Assembly: GCA_965197585.1 (NCBI GenBank)
Contig: OZ240215.1
Location: forward strand, 3,328,001 to 3,392,000
Length of the DNA stretch: 64,000 nucleotides
Reading direction: 5' to 3'
Source: Dehalococcoidia bacterium
Lineage (GTDB): Bacteria > Chloroflexota > Dehalococcoidia > Plut-88900
Shown: positions 31,187-40,871 of the stretch, piece by piece
How positions within the stretch are numbered: the stretch's first letter is position 1
Layout: every line of letters begins with the position of its first letter
Notes under the pieces: generated by a model
Databases searched by the model: none
The model's input: only the letters and a program-made list of their open reading frames with translations
Told to the model about the DNA's origin: nothing
Made by a program: the position numbers and the translations under genes

Positions 31187-32410
31187 CTACCTCCTAATGA
31201 TCATGGCGCTGCTCTCGGTCTCCGTGCCCCAGGCGAGACACGCGGCGATCTCAGCCTTCTTCAGCTGGCGGCAACCCTTGTTTCGGTCATAAGTGTGCTT
31301 TCCCTCCCGCCAACCGGGGCACGAGTCGTCGGTACGATGTCTTAGCTGGCGGACATTCTCGATGACCATCGCTATGCCGTGCGTGTAGCCTTCGGACAGG
31401 TGCCCTCCCGAGAGATTGGACGGCAGCTTACCGTCGATCTGAAGAGTGCCTCCCTCTACGAAGGGCCCGATCTCGCCCTCAGGCGCGAAGCCGTAACCTT
31501 CCAGCAGGATAAGGGATGTAAATGTGAAGGCGTCATAAGCAGATACAAAGTCGATGTCGTCGTGCGTGACGCCCGACATGCCAAAGAGCCGCTTTCGCCC
31601 GTAGTTCGCGCCCACGTAGTGGATCTTTTCCCTGTTCCACCTGTAGGACGCGTCCGGCGTCTGTGTGCGGGCGGTGCCGCCCATGATGAAGACCGGGGGT
31701 TGCTTCAGGTTATAGGCCCACTCCCTCGGCGCGACGATGATGGCTGCAGCTACGTCGGTCTCCAGGCAGCAGTCGAATAGGCGGAAAGGTTTGGCCACCC
31801 AGCGGCCTTTCAGATAATCGTCCATAGTCAGGGGGCGGTCATAGAAAATGGACTTCGGGTTGAGGTTGGCGTGCCTGCGGTGAGCTACGGCCACCTCACC
31901 TAGATGCCGGGAGGTGAGCCCATAGTCGTGCATGTATCTCATGCACGTGAGCCCGTGGTGCTGGGCGGGAGTTGTGAAGCCCCACGCATCCCACATGTCT
32001 CCGATACTGGATACCGAGGTCACGGGTGCTGGACCGTCCGGGTCCTGACCCCCGAACCGCAGCCCCGACCGCCCGTTCATCGACCGGAAAATCACCATAT
32101 TCTGGCAATAGCCTGCTTCAATAAGACCAATGGCGTGGGCAACAAGGGTCTCGGTGCTGTTCCCACCCCCAATGATGTCGACGGCATAGTCGAGGCGAAT
32201 GCCAAGGGACGAGGCGACTTCGCTGGAATCACTGGAGTCAGCGTACTGATACGATGTCATGCCACTGATATCCGAGGGTTCGAGCCCCGCGTCGGCCATA
32301 GCGTTCTTCACGGCCTCACAGGCCATGGACAGGGTGGTCCGGTTAGATGGGCGCATGTGGGGAGTCTCCCCCACGCCTACGATGCAATATTTGTCCGTTA
32401 GTGCTCCCAC
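31187..32410 (-). CDS. Thiolase-like protein (Ltp2/SCP-x type)
   Basis: CIVGVGET, RSMNGRSG, LFDCCLETD, YDAFT, SGGHLSEGYTHG. Confidence 0.9.
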   Translation of the reverse strand: MGALTDKYCIVGVGETPHMRPSNRTTLSMACEAVKNAMADAGLEPSDISGMTSYQYADSSDSSEVASSLGIRLDYAVDIIGGGNSTETLVAHAIGLIEAGYCQNMVIFRSMNGRSGLRFGGQDPDGPAPVTSVSSIGDMWDAWGFTTPAQHHGLTCMRYMHDYGLTSRHLGEVAVAHRRHANLNPKSIFYDRPLTMDDYLKGRWVAKPFRLFDCCLETDVAAAIIVAPREWAYNLKQPPVFIMGGTARTQTPDASYRWNREKIHYVGANYGRKRLFGMSGVTHDDIDFVSAYDAFTFTSLILLEGYGFAPEGEIGPFVEGGTLQIDGKLPSNLSGGHLSEGYTHGIAMVIENVRQLRHRTDDSCPGWREGKHTYDRNKGCRQLKKAEIAACLAWGTETESSAMIIRR

Positions 32411-32417
32411 TCTACCA

Positions 32418-33641
32418 CTACCTCCTGAGAATCATTGCGCTGCTCTGTGCCTCGAAAGACCAGGCCAGGCAGGCGGCGATGTCTGCTTTCTTCAATTGGC
32501 GGCATCCTTTGCTCCGGTCATATGTGTGTATCCCCTCGCGCCATCCGGGACAAGCGTCGTCCGCCCGATGCCTAAGCTGCCGCACGTTCTCTACTACCAT
32601 TGCTATGCCGTGAGTGTAACCCTCCGACAGGTGACCACCCGACAGATTCGAAGGAAGCTTGTTGTCGATTTGTAGCGTCCCACCCTCGACAAAGGGTCCG
32701 ATCTCCCCTTCTGGTGCGAATCCGAAAGCCTCCAGCAGGATGAGAGAGGTGAAGGTGAAGGCGTCATAAGCGGATACAAAGTCGATATCGTCGTGACTAA
32801 CCCCCGACATCCCGAAGAGCCGCTTCCGCCCATAGTTGCCACCGACGTAGTGAATCTTGGGCATTCCCCATGGAAACGCGGCACCTGGCGCCTGCACCCT
32901 TGCCGTGCCACCCATAATGAACACCGGAGGTTGCCTCAAATTGTACGCCCACTCCCGGGGCGCGACGATTATCGCCGCCGCAACGTCGGTCTCCAGGCAG
33001 CAGTCAAACAGGCGGAACGGCTTGGATATCCATCGGCCTTTCAAATAGTCGTCCATTGTCAATGGCTTGTCGTAGAAGACCGCCTTTGGGTTCAAGTTCG
33101 CATGTTTGCGATGCGCTACTGCCACCTCCCCGAGGTGCCGAGAGGTGAGGCCATAGTCATGCATATATCTCATGCAGGTCAGGGAATGGTGTTGAGCAGG
33201 CGTGGTAAAGCCCCACGTCTTGGTCATGTCACCCATGTTTCTAATGGCAGGTACAGACGCCGATCCCCCGGGGTCCTGCCCCCCCGGCCTCCGCCCCGAA
33301 CGGCCGTTCATGGAGCGGAAAATAACCATGTTGCGGCAATACCCCGCCTCGATCAGGCCTATAGCGTGGGCCACGAGCGCCTCGGTGCTGGAGCCTCCTC
33401 CCATTATGTCCATGGAGTAGTCCAGGCGCATGCCCAGAGCGGAGCCAACGTCCTTGGAGGGAGAGGAATCGAACGCTTGGTAGGAGGTCATCCCGCTGAT
33501 CTCGGTGTGATCGAGACCCGCGTCGGCCATAGCATTACGCACGGCTTCGCAGGCCATGGAAAGCGTAGTTCGGTTGGAGGGACGCCTGTGGGGAGTCTCT
33601 CCAACCCCTACGATGCAGTACTTGTCAGTCAGGGCTCCCAA
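32418..33641 (-). CDS. Thiolase-like protein (tandem paralog)
   Basis: Same motifs as 31187-32410, highly similar. Confidence 0.9.
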   Translation of the reverse strand: MGALTDKYCIVGVGETPHRRPSNRTTLSMACEAVRNAMADAGLDHTEISGMTSYQAFDSSPSKDVGSALGMRLDYSMDIMGGGSSTEALVAHAIGLIEAGYCRNMVIFRSMNGRSGRRPGGQDPGGSASVPAIRNMGDMTKTWGFTTPAQHHSLTCMRYMHDYGLTSRHLGEVAVAHRKHANLNPKAVFYDKPLTMDDYLKGRWISKPFRLFDCCLETDVAAAIIVAPREWAYNLRQPPVFIMGGTARVQAPGAAFPWGMPKIHYVGGNYGRKRLFGMSGVSHDDIDFVSAYDAFTFTSLILLEAFGFAPEGEIGPFVEGGTLQIDNKLPSNLSGGHLSEGYTHGIAMVVENVRQLRHRADDACPGWREGIHTYDRSKGCRQLKKADIAACLAWSFEAQSSAMILRR

Positions 33642-33680
33642 AGCGCCACAACCTTAAACTATTTGGGGCAATAGTTAAAG

Positions 33681-34430
33681 CCTCTGTACTCGTTCGGTAG
33701 ATTAGTGACACACCGGCCTTTTCTTCAGTTGTGGGTTTCGGTTTCCGTTCTGTCTGTTAGGTTTTGGGTTGGCGATGGAAGACGCCCATTTGGCAGAGCT
33801 GCTTGTACGTGGACTTGCAGCCAGTATGCCCTGATGCTAGATGGTATACACGGACAATTCTCGGGCCAGACGTCCGGCAGAGGCTCCTTATGGGGGCTGT
33901 ATGCCCGTGGGGGCACGTCGGGGCCAGGGATCCAGCTGTGCGAGGCCCCACAGCCTAACTAATAGTGTCCAAGTTCGCCGGAAAAGGACAGGAGCGAATA
34001 TCCTCCGGGCACCCCCGCGCCGCAGCGCCAATCTCCAGCAATGCGGCCCGACGTTCGAGACGGTTCTCCATGGGGGTTAGGCGGTCCGCGGAGCGTATGC
34101 TCTGGTCACCCTTGATGCAATCTCCCGTACAGGGAGCAGGGTGGGAGCGTGAAGGCCAGGGCGTCTTTCCATCGCCTGGGGATCAGGGAAGGGGGCACGG
34201 GACCCGTGGGATGAGGAGATGGCGTCGTTTGCTTGTGCCGCGGGCCTGCGCGAGGGCCGTTGGGATGGGCTGAGGCGTTGAGTCCTCGGGTGGGTCGAGT
34301 GTGGGCTTCCCTGGGTTGTGGTTCCTCCTTAAGGTAGTTGGGTTAGGTGGTCTAGACCTGCCTACAATATAGAACATAAGTACTTATAATGTCAAGGGGG
34401 TGATGTCACCCCTCTATGTGAACGGGATCA
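33681..34430 (-). ncRNA. Putative large structured RNA/element, copy A, with its own promoter
   Basis: Inverted homolog of 37077-37930; no conserved ORF; conserved nested stems; TTGACA-N18-TATATT promoter. Confidence 0.6.
34366..34395 (-). promoter_or_regulatory. Sigma70 promoter with LexA-like box in the spacer
   Basis: TTGACA (34390-95) and TATATT (34366-71); GAAC-ATAA-GTAC at 34372-34383. Confidence 0.65.
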
Positions 34431-34442
34431 GCCTCACCGCAG

Positions 34443-35744
34443 TCACGGAATGTGAGGCGCGGGCTCCGTGCCTATGTGCCCCTCTTCCTCCAGCCGTTCG
34501 TAACGCTCGGCGTCGTATCCCAGCAGCTCCTTGTATACGTACTCGTTTCCATAGCCCAGGTGAGCGGGCGGCTTCCGAATGGCGTTGGGTGTCCTGGCCA
34601 TCTTCCACATGAACCCGACATGATCGTGAGTCCCGAGATCGGGATCATTGACGGTCTGGAAGAACCCGCGGGCCTTGATATGAGGATCGGCATGGACGCT
34701 CTTTTCATCGAGGACGGGTGCAGCCGCCACCCCGGCACCCTGTAGCCGACCCGTCACTTCGTACTGGGTGAGGGTTTGAGTCCACTGGTTTAGGCTTTGG
34801 TCCAACTCTTCCTGGTTGTGCCACCTCCCGAGCACAGTACGGAACCTTTTCTCTCCGGTCCACTCCGGGTTGCCGAGTGCCTGGCACAGCCCGTCCCACT
34901 CGGAGTCGCTGCCTACAGAAATCGCTACCCATGAGTCCGGGCCCTTGCACCGGTATACACCGTGGGGCGCCATCGATGTATGCCCGTTGCCCAACGAAGA
35001 TCGCACCCTGCCGTTCATCGTGTAGTCTATTATCGGAGCGGCTAGGCTGGGTATGAAGTTCTCGCACAGCGGTATTTCGATGAGCTGTCCTTCACCCGTT
35101 AGATTGCGATGCCTGATAGCCATCGATACAGCTAGAACGGCGCTGTAGGCCGCCCCGGAATCGCTCTGGTTGGACTCGGGACGTTGTGATATGTCCGTGT
35201 CCCGGTACCCCTTTAGCCAGCTATGCCCAGCTACCCCTTCCACGTGCTGACCCCAGGATCGGTATCTGTGGTATTTGCCGTCCAGCCCAAACGCAGGCAT
35301 CCTGACCATGATCAGTCCGGGATTGTGCTTCTTTAGCTCGGAGTAGACCAACCCAAGCTTCTTCATGGTGTCCGGCATATTATTCTCGATGAACACGTCC
35401 GACTTGGATATCAGGTCCTTGAATATCTCCAACCCCTCGGGGCGCGTAACGTCGACTGTCATGCTCGATTTGTTTCGGGCGTGAGTGTTGAACAACGCCC
35501 CCCTATCCCACGCCCGACTCTCCGGGTACCGGCCCGCATAACCGTACCCCATATCTATCATCACCTTGAAATACTCGCTGCTGGGCCTCATCAAGCCCGT
35601 CCGAGTCGTCGTGCCCAGGAACTGGGTCGACTCTACGCGGATCACGTCCGCGCCCCAATCGGCCAATATCTGGCTGGAGTGAGGCCCGGCCCACACCACG
35701 GTGATTTCCAGGACCCTTATCCCCTCAAGGGGTAACTTCGCCAA
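34443..35744 (-). CDS. CaiB/BaiF family III CoA-transferase
   Basis: LEGIRVLE...WAGP...GADVIRVE, RNKSS, APHGVYRCKG.D.WVAI. Confidence 0.92.
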   Translation of the reverse strand: MAKLPLEGIRVLEITVVWAGPHSSQILADWGADVIRVESTQFLGTTTRTGLMRPSSEYFKVMIDMGYGYAGRYPESRAWDRGALFNTHARNKSSMTVDVTRPEGLEIFKDLISKSDVFIENNMPDTMKKLGLVYSELKKHNPGLIMVRMPAFGLDGKYHRYRSWGQHVEGVAGHSWLKGYRDTDISQRPESNQSDSGAAYSAVLAVSMAIRHRNLTGEGQLIEIPLCENFIPSLAAPIIDYTMNGRVRSSLGNGHTSMAPHGVYRCKGPDSWVAISVGSDSEWDGLCQALGNPEWTGEKRFRTVLGRWHNQEELDQSLNQWTQTLTQYEVTGRLQGAGVAAAPVLDEKSVHADPHIKARGFFQTVNDPDLGTHDHVGFMWKMARTPNAIRKPPAHLGYGNEYVYKELLGYDAERYERLEEEGHIGTEPAPHIP

Positions 35745-35762
35745 TATATACCTCTCCAGACT

Positions 35763-37007
35763 CTATGCAGTGCCCGACTGCCTGAGCCTGGCAAGCTCTT
35801 CCTTGCTGTAGCCCAAGATTCCGCAATACACGTCCTGGTTGTGCTCCCCTATCCTCGGGGCAGGGGAATGCAGCCGCCACGGCGTGCGGTACATCTTCAA
35901 AGGCCTGCCCGGCATCGTCATCTCCCCCATCACCGGGTGTTGCATTCGGGCCCACATGCCCCGTTCCCAGAAATGCTCGTCCTTTAGAAGGTCTTCCGTC
36001 GTGTTCACTACTCCCGATAGCACTCGCTTCTGCTGTGCCGTCTCCCATACGTCCAACTTGGATTGGGAGTAAAGCCAGGATATGACCAGCGCCGAAATCT
36101 CTTCTATGTTGGCTGGGTCCCGCCTGCCCTCGGGAGTGTTGAACCTTGGGTCATCCATTAGGTCTTCACGCTCGATCATAGAGCAGACCCGATCAAAGCC
36201 AAACTCTCCGCCCAACAGGTTGATATAGCCGTCTGCGCAGGGAAAGGGCCCCGACCCTATGCCCATGTGGTCCAGGTTCCTGTCCCCGACCACACCTGTA
36301 TACGAATACGCCAGCAGCTTCGCAGCCCGCCGGTCTATATTCCCCAGTTGCACTTCCGACGCTGCAATGTCGATATAGTCACCCACCCCCGAGGCCTCTG
36401 CCCTGCGAAACGCGACCATACCCGCCGCGGCAGCTGCCAGCCCCGTGTGTAGGTCCACTACGTTGTTAGCGGAGTTGACTGGCTCTCGCTCCGGTTGACC
36501 GGTGAAGTACATCGGCCCGCCGAACGCGTAGGGCTGTATCTCATGGCTCTTGTAGTCCCTGTACGGCCCACTCTGCCCGAATGGCGTGATGGACACAGCC
36601 ACGAGCGCTGGATTAGCGGCCTCAATCTCCTCGTACGGGAATCCGAGGCCGTCCAATACCCCCGCCCCCAGCCCCTCCACCAGGATGTCCGCCCAGGAAA
36701 GCAGCCCACGAAAGACCTTCTGCCCGTGCCCCGAGTCCAAGTTCAGGGTTACGCCCTTCTTGTTGACGTTGAGGTACTGGAATAGTCCGCTGGTCTCGGA
36801 ATGTGGTAGATCACCGGAGAACGGCCCCGATCTCCGCAGCGGATCACCATCTAAGGGCTCTACCTTGATAACCTCTGCCCCAAAGCAGGCCATAAGTTTG
36901 CCGCTGTGAGCGGGGGGGATACCGTGGCCCAAGTCCAGGACTTTTACGCCGTCCAGGGCTTTGGGTGGAAGAAGGGGGTCTGCACTATGGGTTTGCTGTT
37001 CCAGCAA
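35763..37007 (-). CDS. CaiB/BaiF family III CoA-transferase
   Basis: ALDGVKVLDL, GAEVIKVEP..GDPLR, NKKGVTLNL, PFGQSGPY. Confidence 0.92.
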   Translation of the reverse strand: MLEQQTHSADPLLPPKALDGVKVLDLGHGIPPAHSGKLMACFGAEVIKVEPLDGDPLRRSGPFSGDLPHSETSGLFQYLNVNKKGVTLNLDSGHGQKVFRGLLSWADILVEGLGAGVLDGLGFPYEEIEAANPALVAVSITPFGQSGPYRDYKSHEIQPYAFGGPMYFTGQPEREPVNSANNVVDLHTGLAAAAAGMVAFRRAEASGVGDYIDIAASEVQLGNIDRRAAKLLAYSYTGVVGDRNLDHMGIGSGPFPCADGYINLLGGEFGFDRVCSMIEREDLMDDPRFNTPEGRRDPANIEEISALVISWLYSQSKLDVWETAQQKRVLSGVVNTTEDLLKDEHFWERGMWARMQHPVMGEMTMPGRPLKMYRTPWRLHSPAPRIGEHNQDVYCGILGYSKEELARLRQSGTA

Positions 37008-37076
37008 GGTCGGTCACGAGGTGAGGGCGGGGTTTCCGGATTGTCGGCGATTATAGCATCGCCGCTTGTGGCAGGG

Positions 37077-37930
37077 TGATCCCGTGCACATAGAGAGTGA
37101 CATAACCCTCTTGACAGTGAAGTACTTATGTTCTATATTGGTGCCAGGTCTAGACCACCTAACCCAACCACCTTAAGGAGGAACCAAAAACTAGGGAAGT
37201 CCACTCGACCCACCCGAGGACTCAACGTCTAAGCCCATCCCAACGGCCCTCGCGCAGGCCCGCGGCACAAGCGAAAGTCGCCATCTCCTCATCCCGCGGT
37301 CCCGTGTCCCCTTCCCTGACCCCCAGGCGATGGAAGAAGCCCTGGCTTTCTACTCCCACCCCTCCCCCACCATCCCCCCATCATTCCAGCCTCCAGGCCG
37401 GAATCCAGAGACGGGGTGCACAGGGAGATTACAACAAGGGTGAAAGGAGATGTACTCGCGGACCGTTTGACCCCCATAGAGAACCGTCTCGAAGTTCGGA
37501 CCGCAATGCAAGAGTTAGCGCGCTACGGCGAGGGGGTGCCGGAGGATTTGCTCCGTATCGCTCCGGCAATCTAGGACAAATATAGTTAGGCTGTGGGGCC
37601 ACAGCTGGATTCCCTGGCCCCCGTCGTGCCCATAGCGGCATACAGCCCAAGAATGGAGCCTCTGACGGACATCCTGCCCTGGATCGGTCCGTGCATATAA
37701 TCGAGCAAAGGGCACGGCCGGCTGTAAGTCCCTCCCTCTCAGGCGGGGCCTGCTCTCCAGGTCCCCCCGACAGCCGGAACACCCGCAAAGAGAGAATGCA
37801 AAGCCACTTAGAGGGCAAAAGGGCGTCTTTCATCGCCAACCCAAAACCCAACAGACGGAACTGAAACCGAAACTCCACAACTGAATAAAAAGCCAGCGGG
37901 TCACTAACCTACCGAACGTGTACACAGGGT
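37077..37930 (+). ncRNA. Putative large structured RNA/element, copy B, with its own promoter
   Basis: Homolog of copy A; TTGACA-N17-TATATT; long-range stem 37326-37343/37820-37837; CCACAACTGAATA at ~37875. Confidence 0.6.
37111..37139 (+). promoter_or_regulatory. Sigma70 promoter with LexA-like box in the spacer
   Basis: TTGACA gtgaa GTAC-TTAT-GTTC TATATT. Confidence 0.65.
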
Positions 37931-37996
37931 TTAGGTATACCCCGTCCGTCTGCTAAAATCAGCCTGTCCTAAGCACATCAACGCCGAGGCACAGCC

Positions 37997-38770
37997 ATGG
38001 GTTTCGCGACGGTCGAAGGCAGAAACATCCACTATCAGTTTCCGGCACAGGCCGAGGCCCGCGTCCGCCAGGGGCACAACGTCCTGATGGTCCACGGCGC
38101 CGTCGACAACCATCGGGTCTGGAGACACCAGCACGCCTACCTGGAACGCGACCACACTCCCCTGGCCATCGATCTGCCCGGTCACGGCGACTCCCAGGGC
38201 CCGCCCATCGACAGTCCCGCCGACTTCCGACATTTCATCAAGGCATTCGTGGACGTTATGGACCTCCCGCCCTTCGTTTTCGCTGGGCATTCCATGGGCG
38301 GCTCCATGGCCTTGGACTACGCCATCCACCACCCCGATGACGTGAAGGGCCTCATCCTGGTAGGCGCGGGCGCCCATTGGGAGCTGTCTTCTGAGCACCT
38401 GGAGCTCTGGACCACCGACCCCGAGCGTGCCCAGCGTGAAAACGTCGCCCTCCTTTTTTCCAAGAAGACCTCCCAGCGCCTCGTCGAAGAATACGCCAAA
38501 CAGCTCGCTGCCCAGGGACCCAGGACCTGCACCGCAGACTTCCTCAACTGCGACAGATACGACCTCCTCGACAAAATCAATCAAATCAGCGTCCCGACCC
38601 TAGTCGCCGCTGGTGATGAAGAAGAGTGGCTCGAGAATTCACGCGAAATCCACGCCAGTTCCATGAAAACCACCTTCGAGATAATAGCTGCCGCGGGCCA
38701 CGCCGTAATGATCGAGCAACCCGCCCTGCTGAACGAGGCCATTGGGGCCTATCTTGCCACCCTGTCCTGA
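37997..38770 (+). CDS. Alpha/beta hydrolase
   Basis: VHGA, DLPGHGDS, GHSMGG, AGH. Confidence 0.92.
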   Translation: MGFATVEGRNIHYQFPAQAEARVRQGHNVLMVHGAVDNHRVWRHQHAYLERDHTPLAIDLPGHGDSQGPPIDSPADFRHFIKAFVDVMDLPPFVFAGHSMGGSMALDYAIHHPDDVKGLILVGAGAHWELSSEHLELWTTDPERAQRENVALLFSKKTSQRLVEEYAKQLAAQGPRTCTADFLNCDRYDLLDKINQISVPTLVAAGDEEEWLENSREIHASSMKTTFEIIAAAGHAVMIEQPALLNEAIGAYLATLS

Positions 38771-38806
38771 CTACCGATAGAAGATTAGCCAACTGCCCTG
38801 GGGGAA

Positions 38807-39580
38807 GTGATGACACACATACAGGTAAATGGAAAACGAGCCTTCTACGCATCCCCTCATGATGTGGCCGGCGGTGACCGCCGGGGGAAGACGGTTTTAT
38901 TGGTGCACGGGGCACGGAGCAATCACCGGATTTGGGCGCCGCAGCTACAGGCTCTTGCCCGCCGACATACGCCCATAGCCATGGACCTTCCCGGCCACGG
39001 AGACTCCGAGGGCCCGGGTTCGACGAACGTCTCGGAGTACCGTGACTTCGTCAAGGCCCTCGTAGACGCCCTGGGAATCGAAAGTTTCGTGATAGCCGGC
39101 CACTCGATGGGCGGCTCCATCGCCCTCGACTACACGCTCAACTACCCGGGCGTCGAGGCCTATATCCCTGTAGGATCTGCCCCCCAATGGAACATCGACG
39201 AGGACTACATCGACATCTACCGCACGGATCCCGAGAAGGCTATCAAGGAAAGCGCAGGGCGCAACTTCTCGAAGAGCACCCCCAGGGCCATCGTCGAACT
39301 CAACGAATGGAACAACAAATCGACGCCCATGGAGGTCGGAATCGGAGACCTGGAAGCCTGCAACGCCTTCAACCAGGCCCCCCGCCTCGCCGATGTAAAG
39401 GTCCCGACCTGCGTGATTTGCGGTGAGGAAGACCTTTACGTCGATGGTTCCCAGGCCCTGCATGACGGAATATCGGGCTCCCAGGTGCACTGGATAAAAA
39501 ACGCCGGCCACGACCCGTCCATAGAGCAGCCCCTGGCCACCAACAAGATACTTCTGGACTTCCTAGGCTCCCTGGCTTAG
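38807..39580 (+). CDS. Alpha/beta hydrolase (paralog of upstream gene)
   Basis: VHGA, DLPGHGDS, GHSMGG, AGH. Confidence 0.92.
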   Translation: MMTHIQVNGKRAFYASPHDVAGGDRRGKTVLLVHGARSNHRIWAPQLQALARRHTPIAMDLPGHGDSEGPGSTNVSEYRDFVKALVDALGIESFVIAGHSMGGSIALDYTLNYPGVEAYIPVGSAPQWNIDEDYIDIYRTDPEKAIKESAGRNFSKSTPRAIVELNEWNNKSTPMEVGIGDLEACNAFNQAPRLADVKVPTCVICGEEDLYVDGSQALHDGISGSQVHWIKNAGHDPSIEQPLATNKILLDFLGSLA

Positions 39581-39676
39581 GTGACAACATACTTGGTATC
39601 GGCCAAATGACCAGCCACCCCCATATGTTAAGATGCACCGCAGTCTCGTGAGATTTCACCACAGGAGGCCCGAGCG

Positions 39677-40837
39677 GTGAGTGGCTGTCTGGACGGAATA
39701 AAAGTGCTGGAACTCGCCCGGTATCAAGCCGGGCCCCGGGCCGGCATGGTCATGTCCGACATGGGCGCCGAGGTCATCAAAGTCGAGAAGCCCGGCGGCG
39801 AGGAAACCCGAGCCCATGCTCCCCTCGTTAACGGCACCAGCGTCTACTTCACCGTCTACAACCGGGGCAAGAAGAGCATCACCCTCAACATGCGCACCGA
39901 GGAGGGTAAGGAGATCTTCCGGGAGCTCGTGAAGACCGCCGACGTCGTTCTCGAAAACTTCCGCCCCGGCGTCATTGCCAAGATGGGCTTCTCCTACGAG
40001 GAGCTCAAGAAGATCAAACCGGACATTATCCTGACCTCAGTGTCGGGGTTCGGGCAGTATGGTCCCTACAGAAACCGGCCCGCCTTCGACCCCATCGGCC
40101 AGGCGATGTCAGGGCTGATGGAGATCACCGGTCTCCACGAAGGCCACCCGGTCCTCACCGGTTCCCCGATCATCGACCGTATAACTTCCCTCCATGCCTG
40201 CATTGGCACCCTGGGGGCGGTCATTCATCGCAACGCTACCGGCGAGGGTCAGGTGATCGACGTAAGCCTGCTGGACACGGGCGTGACCCTTATGGAAATT
40301 CCCATCTCCCACCACATGGGCACAGGCGCAGGGCCCGAGGACTACTACGCCTCCGTCTATAAGGCCAAGGATGGCTACGTGACCATTCCTGCTACCTCCA
40401 GGACCCTCTGGACGCGAGTCTTCATCGCTATGGGGTGCCACGAGCTTGCTGAAGATCCCAGCATCCTCGGCTTCGAGGCCGATGAAGGCTCGAAGGCCAA
40501 GCGCCTGGCACTCCTCACGGAATGGGTCGCCTCGAACAACGTGGCCGATATAACAGAGAAACTTGTCGCCAACGAGGTCCCCGTAGGTCCCGTCCAGACC
40601 CCCGCTCAGATGTCCCGAGACCCCCACATGAGCGAACGTGAGATGATGGTCCCTGTCCCGACTGAGAACGGTCAGCATGAGATCATGGCCCCCGGCCTCA
40701 CCATCAAGTTCTCCAAGACCAAGGGCGCCGTCGGCAAGGTCCCCGCCGCCGGCGAGCACACCTGCGAAATCCTCGGTAGGCTTCCCGGCATGACCCCCGA
40801 GAAGATCGAAGACCTGCGCAGCCGGGGCGTCCTATAG
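39677..40837 (+). CDS. CaiB/BaiF family III CoA-transferase
   Basis: AGP, GAEVIKVE, NRGKKS, ENFRPG, SGFGQYGPY..RPAFD. Confidence 0.93.
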   Translation: MSGCLDGIKVLELARYQAGPRAGMVMSDMGAEVIKVEKPGGEETRAHAPLVNGTSVYFTVYNRGKKSITLNMRTEEGKEIFRELVKTADVVLENFRPGVIAKMGFSYEELKKIKPDIILTSVSGFGQYGPYRNRPAFDPIGQAMSGLMEITGLHEGHPVLTGSPIIDRITSLHACIGTLGAVIHRNATGEGQVIDVSLLDTGVTLMEIPISHHMGTGAGPEDYYASVYKAKDGYVTIPATSRTLWTRVFIAMGCHELAEDPSILGFEADEGSKAKRLALLTEWVASNNVADITEKLVANEVPVGPVQTPAQMSRDPHMSEREMMVPVPTENGQHEIMAPGLTIKFSKTKGAVGKVPAAGEHTCEILGRLPGMTPEKIEDLRSRGVL

Positions 40838-40871
40838 ACCTCCACCTAAATCGAACGCAATACTAAAACCG

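Noticed and set aside
37304-37878. Short ORFs inside elements A and B as real genes
   Set aside because: Frames are not conserved between the two copies because of indels, and the compositions are not protein-like.
33681-37930. tmRNA, RNase P RNA or group II intron identity for elements A and B
   Set aside because: No tRNA-like ends, no complete RNase P GAGGAAAGUCC/P4 signature and no recognisable domain V or GUGYG start; a formal Rfam search is still needed.
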